From assembly GCA_013336225.1 (NCBI GenBank), contig JAAXUC010000001.1:35949-99948 (forward strand): a stretch of DNA of 64,000 nt, in the 5' to 3' direction. Source of the stretch: Candidatus Moraniibacteriota bacterium. Its GTDB lineage: Bacteria; Patescibacteriota; Minisyncoccia; Moranbacterales; GWC2-37-73. This document shows positions 54,780-63,895 of the stretch, one piece after another; positions within the stretch are counted from its first letter, which is position 1; the number at the start of each line of letters is the position of its first letter. The translations under genes were made by a program, and so were the position numbers. The notes below the pieces were generated by a model, which saw nothing but the letters and a program-made list of their open reading frames with translations, had not been told where the DNA came from and did not search any database.

Positions 54780-55307
54780 ATGCAAGAAGATATCGATAAT
54801 AAGGAGTATGATTTTGAAGCCACACTTGTTTTTGTGTTCAAGGGCAAAAAAGTGCTTTTGGCGCCAAAAAAGGCCAAGATTGGCAAAGATCGTTGGAACG
54901 GCTATGGCGGTGAAGTTGAGCCGTGCGACCCTTCCATCGAATTTCGAGCAACACTGGAAATGTGGCAGGAATGTGAAATGATCTGCGCTGAAGAAGATCT
55001 TAAACAGGTCGCTATCGGATATTTTTCCAACATCAAGGATAGTGGCGAAATATTTGTCTGCAAAGTGCACGTCTTTCTGGCTGAAGAAAAAAAATGTGCT
55101 GGAGTGCCAACGGCAACAAATGAAATGGGAATGTCGGAGTGGTTTGAGATAGGTGAACTGCCTTTTGAGAAAATGATGGCAGCTGACCGCCATTGGATTC
55201 CTGAGATTTTCAAGGGCAGAAAAATCATTGTCAGGGCAACACTGAGAAATGGACAAGCAGAATTGGTTGGCAAAGTTGAGATTCAAGATGTGGAATCTTT
55301 TGAATAA
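54780..55307 (+). CDS. NUDIX hydrolase family protein (degenerate Nudix box)
   Basis: GYGGEVEPCDPSIEFRATLEMWQEC resembles G-x5-E-x7-R-E-U-x-E-E-x-G-U with substitutions. Confidence 0.5.
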   Translation: MQEDIDNKEYDFEATLVFVFKGKKVLLAPKKAKIGKDRWNGYGGEVEPCDPSIEFRATLEMWQECEMICAEEDLKQVAIGYFSNIKDSGEIFVCKVHVFLAEEKKCAGVPTATNEMGMSEWFEIGELPFEKMMAADRHWIPEIFKGRKIIVRATLRNGQAELVGKVEIQDVESFE

Positions 55308-55345
55308 AGGCCTGACTTAAATATTAAGTCAGGCCTTTTAATTTA
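55307..55345 (+). terminator. Rho-independent terminator
   Basis: AAAGGCCTGACTTAAATATTAAGTCAGGCCTTTTAATTT. Confidence 0.6.
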
Positions 55346-55507
55346 AGAAAAAGAAATGGTGGACAAAATCAAAAAAATGTGCTAGAATTGAATAGTTGTA
55401 AAAGACGGGTGATTCTCACCCGTCTTTTTTATTATTATTAATTAAATTTTTTAAGATAATCTCAATCAAGTGATCGCTTTGGCGGAATTTGACGAGACAA
55501 AAACAAA

Positions 55508-56608
55508 ATGATTCAAGCAAGCATTTTTCCTGGGCGCTACATTCAGGGAGCAGGAGCGCTTTCACGTTTGGGAAAGGAAGCTGCCAGATTTGGCAAAAAA
55601 GTTTTCGCAGTGTGTGATCCATTTGTAATCGAATCAATCATTCCAACTTATCAAGCAGATATCAAAAAAGAAATTGAAATTGTTTTTGAAAAATTCAATG
55701 GGGAATGCTCTGATAAGGAGATCAATAGAATTATTGATTTGGTTAAAAAAGCCGGCAGTCAGGTTGTGGTTGCGGTTGGTGGAGGAAAAACCATTGATAC
55801 TGCCAAGGCGGTGGCGCATGCGCTTTCACTTCCTGTGATTGTCACCCCGACAATTGCCTCAACTGATGCTCCTTGCAGCGCACTTTCAGTCATCTACACT
55901 GACGAAGGCGTGGTTGATAGATACTTATTTCTGCCAACAAACCCAAATTGCGTTTTGGTTGACACGACCATTATTGCTAATGCGCCGGTGAGATTCTTGG
56001 TTTCAGGCATGGGAGATGCGCTTTCAACTTGGCTTGAAGCAAAATCATGTCAAACCAAATATGCCAACAATTTCGCAGGAGAAAAAGGTTCAATGACAGC
56101 TTATGCGCTGGCCAAACTTTGCTACGACACTTTGTTGGAATTTGGAGTGGCTGCAAAAATTTCCAATGAAGCAAACGTGGTGACTCCAGCTTTGGAAAGC
56201 GTGATTGAAGCCAACACTTTGCTCAGTGGTCTTGGATTTGAAAGCGGTGGAATTGCATCCTGTCACGCTGTGCATAATGGCTTGACTGTGCTTGAGCCAA
56301 CACACAAATATTTTCATGGAGAAAAAGTTTCCATTGGAGTTGTGACTTCAGTCTTTTTGACCAATAAACCAGCTGACATGATTGACGAAGTGTATGATTT
56401 TTGCGAATCAGTCGGGCTTCCAACAACGTTGGCTCAAGTGGGACTCATCAATCCTACAGATGAAGATTTGATGAAAGTCGCCACTCGCGCTTGCGCCGAA
56501 GGAGAAACAATTTACAATGAGCTTGTGCCAATAACTCCTGAATCAGTGTTTGCTGCCATCAAAGCAGCTGACGCTTATGGAAGATCAAGATTGGAAGGTC
56601 TTTGCTAA
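55508..56608 (+). CDS. gldA: Glycerol dehydrogenase (iron-containing alcohol dehydrogenase family)
   Basis: The GGGKTIDTAKAVA glycine-rich NAD motif and the conserved His cluster (SCHAVHNG) are present. Length is 366 aa. Confidence 0.8.
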   Translation: MIQASIFPGRYIQGAGALSRLGKEAARFGKKVFAVCDPFVIESIIPTYQADIKKEIEIVFEKFNGECSDKEINRIIDLVKKAGSQVVVAVGGGKTIDTAKAVAHALSLPVIVTPTIASTDAPCSALSVIYTDEGVVDRYLFLPTNPNCVLVDTTIIANAPVRFLVSGMGDALSTWLEAKSCQTKYANNFAGEKGSMTAYALAKLCYDTLLEFGVAAKISNEANVVTPALESVIEANTLLSGLGFESGGIASCHAVHNGLTVLEPTHKYFHGEKVSIGVVTSVFLTNKPADMIDEVYDFCESVGLPTTLAQVGLINPTDEDLMKVATRACAEGETIYNELVPITPESVFAAIKAADAYGRSRLEGLC

Positions 56609-56639
56609 ATTGAAGCAATAAAAAAATAAGCGACAACTT

Positions 56640-56677
56640 ATCCACAGCATCAGCAATGATGCTGTGGATTTTTTTAT
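56640..56677 (+). terminator. Rho-independent terminator
   Basis: ATCCACAGCATCAGCAATGATGCTGTGGATTTTTTTAT. Confidence 0.6.
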
Positions 56678-56760
56678 AAATTGGCCGTGCTAAAGCATAT
56701 TTTTTGGAGAGTGGTGGCCGTTGTCTGTTTTTTCTTCTTGTGGTACAATCTGTTAACGAT

Positions 56761-56776
56761 ACACTACATGTAGTGT
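56761..56776. promoter_or_regulatory. Candidate NrdR box (perfect 16-bp palindrome ACACTACATGTAGTGT) upstream of nrdA, just downstream of an extended -10 (TGGTACAAT at 56741-56749)
   Basis: The palindrome was read directly. It resembles the NrdR-box consensus acaCwAtATaTwGtgt, and its position relative to the promoter fits a repressor site. Confidence 0.45.
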
Positions 56777-56854
56777 ATAAGTGTCATAAATCAATAAAAA
56801 CCCTGGTTAAATAGTATTTTGATTACAAAATAATTTAACGGGGTAAACACAAAA

Positions 56855-59470
56855 ATGAACATCACTCAAGTGAAACTTAGAAGTGGAGAATTGGCCGATT
56901 TTGATCGGGCAAAAATTGAAAGAGCAATTGAGTTGGCTTGCGATGCAACTGGCGAATTGAACAAGGAATTCATCGTCAAGATGGCGGATGAGATTGTTGC
57001 TGAACTCGTTGTTAGCTGCACCGAAAATGCCGAGATGCACATTCCCAGTGTGGAGAAAATTCAGGACATTACTGAAAAACATTTGATGAAAGATGGTCGC
57101 TATGAAACTGCCAAGGCTTTCATTTTGTATCGCGGAAAACAGAGTGAAAAGCGCGATGAAAAAAAAGAGAAATTGTTGGCACAATTTGAAAAGAATTCCA
57201 TGCAGGTTGTGAAAACAGATGGCAAGAAAGAACTTTTTGATTTGAAAAAGATCAAAGCTGTCTTTGTGCGTGCAGTGGCTGGATATGAGGAATTCTGCAG
57301 CTTTGAAGATTTGGTGGAAGCTTTTAAGAAAAATATTGTTGATGAAATCAAAACTTCTGACATCAACAAATTACTGGTCAAAACCTGCATCGACTTGGTG
57401 AGTGTGGAAAACATTCACTGGCAGGAAGTGGCAGGACGTTTGGCACTTTTCAATTTGTACAAAGAAGCGATTCGAAATCGAAGCCTGAAACATGAAGAGG
57501 TGTATTCTCCGCAGGCGGTGCTGGCTCTTTTTCACGAATATATTGAAAAAGGATTATACGCCAAGGAACTGCGCGAAGCATATACAGATGAGGAAATTTT
57601 GTTGGCTGCCAAAAGCATTGATGGCAAATTGGATTTGTCTTATGGCTACACAACAGTGCTTTCTTTGCATAAGCGCTATCTTTTGAATCCTAATAAGATT
57701 ATCAAAGAATTGCCGCAAGAAATGTATTTTTTTGTGGGCTTGTTTATGGCAATGCCTGAACCGAAAGAAACGAGAGTTGAGATGGCAGTGCAAATGTATT
57801 TGGCTTGCGCTGAGCAAAAGATTTCTTTGGCCACGCCATCGCTGATGAATGCGCGCACAACTTTTCATCAACTTTCCAGCTGTTTCAAATTGAATGTGGA
57901 TGATGATTTGAGAGCAATCTATCATTCCATTGAAAACATCGCGCAGATTTCCAAATTTGGCGGCGGAGTCGGAGTGTATTTGGGAAACATTCGCGCGCGC
58001 GGTTCTTCAATCCGCGGGGTAATGGGCATGAGCGGCGGCGTGAATCCCTGGGTAAAAGTGATCAACGACACAGCCATTGCAGTCAATCAGTTGGGTTCGC
58101 GCTTGGGTGCGATTTCTGTGACGCTGGATGTTTGGCATCATGACATCTATGACTTTTTGGATTTGCAAACTGAAACAGGTGACATTCGCTCCAAAGCTTT
58201 TGACATTTTTCCTGCCATCTCCATCCCAGATCTTTTCATGCAAAGACTGCAAAACAACGAAGACATTTCCTTGTTCGATCCGCATGAAGTCAGCAAGCTC
58301 CATGGGAAATGTTTGCAAGACACTTTCGGTGCAGAGTTTGAAAAGTTCTATGTCATCTTGGAAAAAGATGAAAGAATTCAGATGAAAAAAATTGTGCCAG
58401 CCAAAGAACTTTTCAAAAGATTCTTGAAGGTGGTGGTGGAAACTGGGATGCCATATGTATTTTTCCGCGACACGGTCAATCGTCTGAATCCGAACAAACA
58501 CGCAGGAAACATCTATTCTTCGCAGCTTTGCACGGAAATTTGTCAGAACACTTCTGCTTCAAAATTTGTCGAGGAGACTTTGGAAGACGGAAAAATCTTG
58601 ATCAAATATGAACCAGGAGACACAGTGGTTTGCAATTTGGCTTCAATCAATGTGGCAAAGGTGAACACTAAAAAAGAAATTGACCGCATTTTGCCAATTG
58701 CCATGCGCATGCTCGACAACGTAATCACGCTTAATTATTATCCGATTCAAGAAGCCAAAAGAACAGCAATGCGCTATCGCTCAGTTGGTTTGGGATATCT
58801 TGGCTTGGCGGAATATTTGGCAGTGCAAAAAATTGCTTATGATTCTCAGCAAGCAAGGGAAGTGACGGATGAATTGTTTTCCAAATATGCTTTGGCCACT
58901 TATCGCGCTTCTGTTGATTTGGCCAAGGAGCGCGGAGCATATCCGCTGTACGAAGGAAGTGAATATTCCAAAGGAAAGATTCTTGGCAAAGACGCGCAGT
59001 GGTTTGTGGAAAACACTAAAGACGGGGAGGCTTGGAAAAAACTTTTTGTTGACATGAAAATTTCGGGAGTGCGCTTTGCCTACAACACGGCGCCAGCGCC
59101 AAACACTTCCACGGCGGGCGTGGTGGGAACAACTGCTGCCTTGCTGCCGATTTATAAGAAGTTTTTCGTGGAAACGAATTTATCAGCGCCAACAGTGCGC
59201 GTGGCTCCAAAACTTAGCAAGGAAAACTTTTGGTATTACAAAGAATATATCAACATGGATATGAATGAAGTTATTGATATGATGGCTGTTTTGTATAAAT
59301 GGATTGACCAATCAATTTCTTTTGAATGGATGATTGATCCATCGAAAGTCAGCCCGGCGCAGTTGTATGAATATTATGTTAAATCCTGGTCAAAAGGTAT
59401 TAAAACTGTGTATTATGTGCGAAGTCTTTCTGGGGAAGTGAAGGAGGATTGTGTGAGCTGCTCGGGATGA
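56855..59470 (+). CDS. nrdA: Ribonucleoside-diphosphate reductase class I alpha subunit with an N-terminal ATP-cone
   Basis: The ATP-cone is VKLRSGELADFDRAKIERAIELA. The catalytic region is SQLCTEICQ, and the C-terminal redox pair is CVSCSG. Length is 871 aa. Confidence 0.9.
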   Translation: MNITQVKLRSGELADFDRAKIERAIELACDATGELNKEFIVKMADEIVAELVVSCTENAEMHIPSVEKIQDITEKHLMKDGRYETAKAFILYRGKQSEKRDEKKEKLLAQFEKNSMQVVKTDGKKELFDLKKIKAVFVRAVAGYEEFCSFEDLVEAFKKNIVDEIKTSDINKLLVKTCIDLVSVENIHWQEVAGRLALFNLYKEAIRNRSLKHEEVYSPQAVLALFHEYIEKGLYAKELREAYTDEEILLAAKSIDGKLDLSYGYTTVLSLHKRYLLNPNKIIKELPQEMYFFVGLFMAMPEPKETRVEMAVQMYLACAEQKISLATPSLMNARTTFHQLSSCFKLNVDDDLRAIYHSIENIAQISKFGGGVGVYLGNIRARGSSIRGVMGMSGGVNPWVKVINDTAIAVNQLGSRLGAISVTLDVWHHDIYDFLDLQTETGDIRSKAFDIFPAISIPDLFMQRLQNNEDISLFDPHEVSKLHGKCLQDTFGAEFEKFYVILEKDERIQMKKIVPAKELFKRFLKVVVETGMPYVFFRDTVNRLNPNKHAGNIYSSQLCTEICQNTSASKFVEETLEDGKILIKYEPGDTVVCNLASINVAKVNTKKEIDRILPIAMRMLDNVITLNYYPIQEAKRTAMRYRSVGLGYLGLAEYLAVQKIAYDSQQAREVTDELFSKYALATYRASVDLAKERGAYPLYEGSEYSKGKILGKDAQWFVENTKDGEAWKKLFVDMKISGVRFAYNTAPAPNTSTAGVVGTTAALLPIYKKFFVETNLSAPTVRVAPKLSKENFWYYKEYINMDMNEVIDMMAVLYKWIDQSISFEWMIDPSKVSPAQLYEYYVKSWSKGIKTVYYVRSLSGEVKEDCVSCSG

Positions 59471-59495
59471 TTTTTTATTGCGTTTTAAAATGTAG

Positions 59496-59677
59496 GCGCT
59501 TAACTATTTTCCTTTTTGGCACGCTTTTGGATGAAATGCTCAATATCCAAAAGCTCCGATTCAGGAAAGGGGTCGGGAAAACCTGGGTTTTCCCGTGGCG
59601 GAATTATTCAAACCGAGGGGTTTGAAGGAGTGCGAAGCACGACGCATTGGGCCAAAAAGAAAAATAGTTTCGCTTAA
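59496..59677. repeat. MITE-like GC-rich element (family G) with terminal inverted repeats of about 26 nt, in the nrdA-nrdB spacer
   Basis: The left end GCGCTTAACTATTTTCCTTTTTGGCACGC is matched by the reverse complement of the right end, AGCGAAACTATTTTTCTTTTTGGCCC. The interior has GAAATGCTCAATATCC and GCTCCGATTC boxes shared with the tRNA-associated elements. Confidence 0.6.
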
Positions 59678-59770
59678 ATTGTTTAAAGTTAATGTTTGAA
59701 TCTAAGAATATATAAATTAAAAAACTTAATAATATAAATTTTTTTAAGAAATTATTGTTTGAGAACCCGT

Positions 59771-59839
59771 GTTTTATCTGAAATTTTTTGTCCCTTGCGC
59801 GTTGTCGCGTGTGACCACAAAAAATTTCAGCTATAAAAC
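59771..59839. promoter_or_regulatory. Long inverted repeat (23-bp arms) in the nrdA-nrdB spacer enclosing GC-rich CCCTTGCGCGTTGTCGCGTGTGACC. Possibly an attenuator or operator.
   Basis: GTTTTATCTGAAATTTTTTGT is matched by ACAAAAAATTTCAGCTATAAAAC at 22 of 23 positions. Confidence 0.5.
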
Positions 59840-59895
59840 AGGGGATTTGAGTTTAATTTCGCAGAAAAAATTTCATATTATTAAGTTTCACGCAT

Positions 59896-60939
59896 ATGAC
59901 AGAAAAAATGAAAATGAATTTGATGTTCAATCCTGAGGGGAATGATGATGTGGCGGCAAGGAAAATCATCAAAGGACAGACCACGGGCTTGTTCAATCTC
60001 AATGCGGTGAAATATCCTTGGGCCAAATCTCTGTATCAAGTGATGATTGGAAATTTTTGGGTGCCAGAAAAAGTTTCAGGACTCAAAGACGATGCGCGCA
60101 TGTTCCACCAGGATCTTTCACCCGAAGAACAGCGAGCATACAAGGGGATTTTGTCGTTTTTGATTTTTTTGGATTCCATTCAAACTGTGAATTTGCCGCA
60201 TCTTTCGGATTATGTCACTTCGCCTGAAGTCAATTTGATTTTGGCGATTCAAGCATATCAAGAAGCGATTCATTCGCAATCCTATGCGACCATTTTGGAA
60301 TCAGTGGTGGAAAGTAAGGAGCGCGACGAGATTTATTATTTCTGGCGCACTGATGAAATCTTGCTCAAACGCAATAAATATATTGGAAATATTTATGAAA
60401 ATTTCATCAAAGATCAAACTGATGAAAATTTCTTTCGCGCCATTGTGGCCAACTTTTTGTTGGAATCAATCTATTTTTACAATGGGTTTGCATTTTTCGA
60501 CACCTTGGTCGACAAGATGAAAATGCTGGCCACCGGCAGAGTGATTGCCTATATTCGTCGCGACGAGCTGACACACATCACTTTGTTTGCCAACATCATT
60601 CGTGAGATTCAGCATGAATATCCCGAAATTTATAATGCGGAAATTATCAAAGAGATGATGAGCGTGGCCGTGGAGCAGGAAATTGAATGGAGCAAGCACA
60701 TTCTGGGAGATCGAATTCCTGGCATGAATGGCGAAACGACCAAGGATTACACTGAATGGTTGGCCAATAATCGTTTGGCAATGCTCAACATGGGACCGCT
60801 ATATCCTGACGCTGTGACCAATCCGTATAAACATTTGGATCGCCTGCAGGACACTAATGGCGACAAGAGCAACTTTTTTGAAAGCACGGTGGTGAATTAC
60901 ACTCAATCCAGCTCAATGAATGGCAGCTGGGATTTCTAG
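59896..60939 (+). CDS. nrdB: Ribonucleoside-diphosphate reductase class I beta subunit
   Basis: Diiron/tyrosyl radical R2 motifs are present (ESVVESKE...FLLESIYFYNGFAFF, E..H pairs). Length is 347 aa. Confidence 0.9.
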   Translation: MTEKMKMNLMFNPEGNDDVAARKIIKGQTTGLFNLNAVKYPWAKSLYQVMIGNFWVPEKVSGLKDDARMFHQDLSPEEQRAYKGILSFLIFLDSIQTVNLPHLSDYVTSPEVNLILAIQAYQEAIHSQSYATILESVVESKERDEIYYFWRTDEILLKRNKYIGNIYENFIKDQTDENFFRAIVANFLLESIYFYNGFAFFDTLVDKMKMLATGRVIAYIRRDELTHITLFANIIREIQHEYPEIYNAEIIKEMMSVAVEQEIEWSKHILGDRIPGMNGETTKDYTEWLANNRLAMLNMGPLYPDAVTNPYKHLDRLQDTNGDKSNFFESTVVNYTQSSSMNGSWDF

Positions 60940-61010
60940 CAAGTGCATTGCTGCGTTTTGAGGCTTATGCTACAATAAGAAATGTAATTTTTTAAAAAAT
61001 ATAAAAGTGT

Positions 61011-61538
61011 ATGAATAAAATTTTGCTAGTCCTTTGTGTCGCAGCCGCTGCGGTAGCAGGATATGTGCTTTTGGGGGGAAGTCCAGCAAATGCGCCGGTA
61101 GTGAAAGATGTGGTCACAGAAAAAGCAAAGGAAGTTAGAAAGACAGCTCAATCAGCAGCTGAAAAACCAGCTGCAGCGCAATCAACAACTAATTCAACTA
61201 ACGATAAAAAACCTATGGGATTGGAAATTAAAACAACACAAGAAGGAACAGGGGATCGCGTGATTAAGTCCGGAGATCACATCTCAGTGCATTACACGGG
61301 AAAATTGACCAATGGAACAGTTTTTGATTCCAGCGTGACTCGAGGAGTGCCATTTGATTTCACGATTGGACAAGGGATGGTAATCGCTGGTTGGGAACAA
61401 GGATTTATTGGAGCTAAGGTGGGAGAAAAACGCACCCTAACAATTCCAGCAGAAATGGGATATGGATCTCGCGACATGGGAACAATTCCAGCCAACTCAA
61501 CTCTCATCTTTGATGTTGAAGTAATGGGAATTAAGTAG
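61011..61538 (+). CDS. FKBP-type peptidyl-prolyl cis-trans isomerase, exported/anchored
   Basis: An N-terminal hydrophobic segment is followed by the FKBP domain (FDSSVTRGVPFDFTIGQGMVIAGWEQGFIGAKVGEKRTLTIPAEMGYG). Confidence 0.8.
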   Translation: MNKILLVLCVAAAAVAGYVLLGGSPANAPVVKDVVTEKAKEVRKTAQSAAEKPAAAQSTTNSTNDKKPMGLEIKTTQEGTGDRVIKSGDHISVHYTGKLTNGTVFDSSVTRGVPFDFTIGQGMVIAGWEQGFIGAKVGEKRTLTIPAEMGYGSRDMGTIPANSTLIFDVEVMGIK

Positions 61539-61558
61539 AGAATTATTTCAGTATTTTA

Positions 61559-61590
61559 AAACAGCCTCTTGCGAGGCTGTTTTTTTTTGG
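61559..61590 (+). terminator. Rho-independent terminator
   Basis: AAAACAGCCTCTTGCGAGGCTGTTTTTTTTTGG. Confidence 0.7.
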
Positions 61591-61633
61591 TATGCGAAAT
61601 ACAGTGTTTTGAAAAAAGTGAGTAAAATTTTTT

Positions 61634-61810
61634 GATTTGCCTGTTTCCTTTTTCGGCACGCTCGCAATTGAGGAACTATTGTTTAGCGGAGTGAGCGAAA
61701 TGAAATAGTAATTTCATTTCCGAACGAGCGACAACAACAAGCTTGCTTATAATTGCTTCGCTAAGACCTCGCTGTCGCTCGCTATTGCCTCAAAAGAAAA
61801 CAGCCAAATC
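61634..61810. repeat. MITE-like GC-rich element (family G), the longest copy. It shares both ends with 34010-34115 and has an internal insertion of about 70 nt carrying a CGCTCGTTCGGAAATGAAA hairpin motif.
   Basis: TTTCCTTTTTCGGCACGCTCGCA ... GCTTCGCTAAGACCTCGCTGTCGCTCGCTATTGCCTCAAAAGAAAACAGCC, with imperfect terminal inverted repeats GATTTGCCTGTTTCC / GAAAACAGCCAAATC. Confidence 0.6.
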
Positions 61811-61859
61811 AAAAAGAAATTTTCAAAGCATGTATTTCGTGTGATCAATTTCTGTTTTT

Positions 61860-63065
61860 TTACAAAACTACTTTAATGACATCTTCAATGGTGATGTCGC
61901 CGTTCTTGATTTTCTTGATGGCATCTTCCATGAGAGTTTCGAACCCTGTTTTTCTGGCAACGGCGATGATATCTTCATTGGAGCGTCTTTCGATGATAGC
62001 GGAGCGGATGGAGTCATTGAATTCCAAAATTTCAAAAATACCCATTCTGCCTTTGAAGCCAGTGCCATTACATTCTGTGCAACCAGCACCTTTTTTATAG
62101 GCTATGTTTTCATTTTCAAGTCCCAGGATTTGGATGAAGTCTTGTGGTGGAGTGTGGTCTTGTGAGCAGGCAGGACAGATTTTTTTGACGAGTCTTTGGG
62201 CGATAGCTCCATTTAGAGCATAAGAAAAGAGTCCACGTTCGATCTTCAGATCGATAAGTCTTGAAATTGTTCCAATGGCTGAATTGGCATGGATGGTAGA
62301 AAAAACACTTCGGCCTGAAAGAGCGGCTTCAAGGGCATAGGCTGCGGTTTCTCCATCGCGAATTTCACCGATCATCACGATGTCTGGGTCTTGGCGCAGG
62401 ATTGCCTTCATGCCTTCTGCAAAAGTAAATCCAACAGCTGTTTTGATTTGACTTTGACGAATCAAGTCAAAATTATATTCCACTGGATCTTCCAAGGTGA
62501 TGATATTTTTTTTGTCCTCACTTTTGCTGAGTTCAGAGATGATGGAATACATGGTGGTGGTTTTTCCAGAGCCCACTGGTCCGTTAATGAGAATCATGCC
62601 ATAACTTTTCATGGACAATTTTTTGAGCTTCATGAGACTGTCGGCATCCATGCCCAACTCAGCCATGGAAAGCAGAATCTCTGATTGATTGAGGATTCGG
62701 AGCACAATGGCATCGCCATGAATGGTTGGAAAGATTGAAAGCCTAATGTCCACTTCTTCAAAGGTGCCGTGCGCGTTGCGGTAGTTGGCTGAAAAATGGC
62801 CATCCTCTGGTAGTTCTGAGGTTTGATAGGAAAGATTGGCCATTACTTTCAGGGAATTGGCCACGAGCGGCAATTGATCAAGGGGTAAATCTATTTCAGA
62901 ATCAATGATGTCTCCATTTATGCGAAAACGTATCCTGCCTTTGTCTTTCAAGGCTTCAATATGGATATCTGAAACTCCAGCCAAAAAAGCTTCCTGAATG
63001 ACATAGTTGACGAAATCAGTGGGCGTTGATTCATTTTGAATTTCTTCTTTGTTGAAAATAGACAT
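61860..63065 (-). CDS. Type II/IV secretion system ATPase (PilB/GspE family)
   Basis: Walker A is GPVGSGKTTT, Asp/His boxes are present, and a C-terminal tetracysteine motif reads CPACS...CTECNGTG. Confidence 0.8.
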   Translation of the reverse strand: MSIFNKEEIQNESTPTDFVNYVIQEAFLAGVSDIHIEALKDKGRIRFRINGDIIDSEIDLPLDQLPLVANSLKVMANLSYQTSELPEDGHFSANYRNAHGTFEEVDIRLSIFPTIHGDAIVLRILNQSEILLSMAELGMDADSLMKLKKLSMKSYGMILINGPVGSGKTTTMYSIISELSKSEDKKNIITLEDPVEYNFDLIRQSQIKTAVGFTFAEGMKAILRQDPDIVMIGEIRDGETAAYALEAALSGRSVFSTIHANSAIGTISRLIDLKIERGLFSYALNGAIAQRLVKKICPACSQDHTPPQDFIQILGLENENIAYKKGAGCTECNGTGFKGRMGIFEILEFNDSIRSAIIERRSNEDIIAVARKTGFETLMEDAIKKIKNGDITIEDVIKVVL

Positions 63066-63267
63066 AATAAATGAAGATGAATTATTTATGCCGAAATAAT
63101 AGCATATTTTGTCTAATCTGAAAAGGATAAGGTCGTTGTTTGCATGTCTTGATGAATATGATGAGGGGGACTTTTTTCTTTTTTAAAATCGTGTATAATA
63201 TTTGAGGTGACATATCATGCAAACAAAGAAGCATGTAAAAATTTAAAAAAATAATGCTGAAAAAAAT

Positions 63268-63615
63268 ATGCAAATAATAGATGAAGAAGTTAAGAAGGTG
63301 ATGGAGATTTTTACTATTTTGGAGCTTAAACCTGTTCAGATCAAGGAACACGTGGAAAAATTGAAAAATGCGATATTGATGGACATGGTGGCTGAAGCAT
63401 TTGCAGAAAAAGGACAAATGCTCGAAGACATCAATTTTACTCAAGATGATGTGGAAGATTTCCTGACTGACAATTATGATGAAAGTGAAATTGTGGAAAT
63501 TTTGGAGCGGGTTTCGCGAGATGTGGTGGTGGAATATTTTTCCAAAATTTTGAAAAGTGCCCCAGAAGATAAGATCGCTAAGGTGAATGAAGTTTTGACT
63601 GCAAAATTCGAATAG
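63268..63615 (+). CDS. Hypothetical acidic protein (115 aa)
   Basis: An ORF divergent from pilB with an extended -10 (TGTATAAT at 63194-63201) upstream. No recognisable motifs. Confidence 0.45.
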   Translation: MQIIDEEVKKVMEIFTILELKPVQIKEHVEKLKNAILMDMVAEAFAEKGQMLEDINFTQDDVEDFLTDNYDESEIVEILERVSRDVVVEYFSKILKSAPEDKIAKVNEVLTAKFE

Positions 63616-63895
63616 GTTATAATTATGCGAAGTAACACATTAAATAAAAATATATGATTCTATATAATAAGAGACAAGTGGCTTTTGCTGAGCCAGAAGA
63701 AGATGAGGATGATGAGGATTGTGGAGACTTCGGTTGCTAATCTTGTCTGAAAATTGGTTCGAAATTCAAAAAAGTTGTTCGCTGAAATTGCGAGCAACTT
63801 TTTTGAATTGCAGGGCAAAGTTCCTGAAAAGTTGTGTTTTGAAGAAAATAGGAGGTATGATGTAGTAAAGGGTATATAGCTTAGGAGTTAAAAAT

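Noticed and set aside
55396-55430. A second hairpin, AAAGACGGGTGATTCTCACCCGTCTTTTTT, about 50 nt after the NUDIX gene terminator
   Set aside because: It looks like a genuine stem-loop with a T-tract but has no associated gene on either strand. It may be a redundant or bidirectional terminator or the leader of gldA. It was not assignable, so it is noted only.
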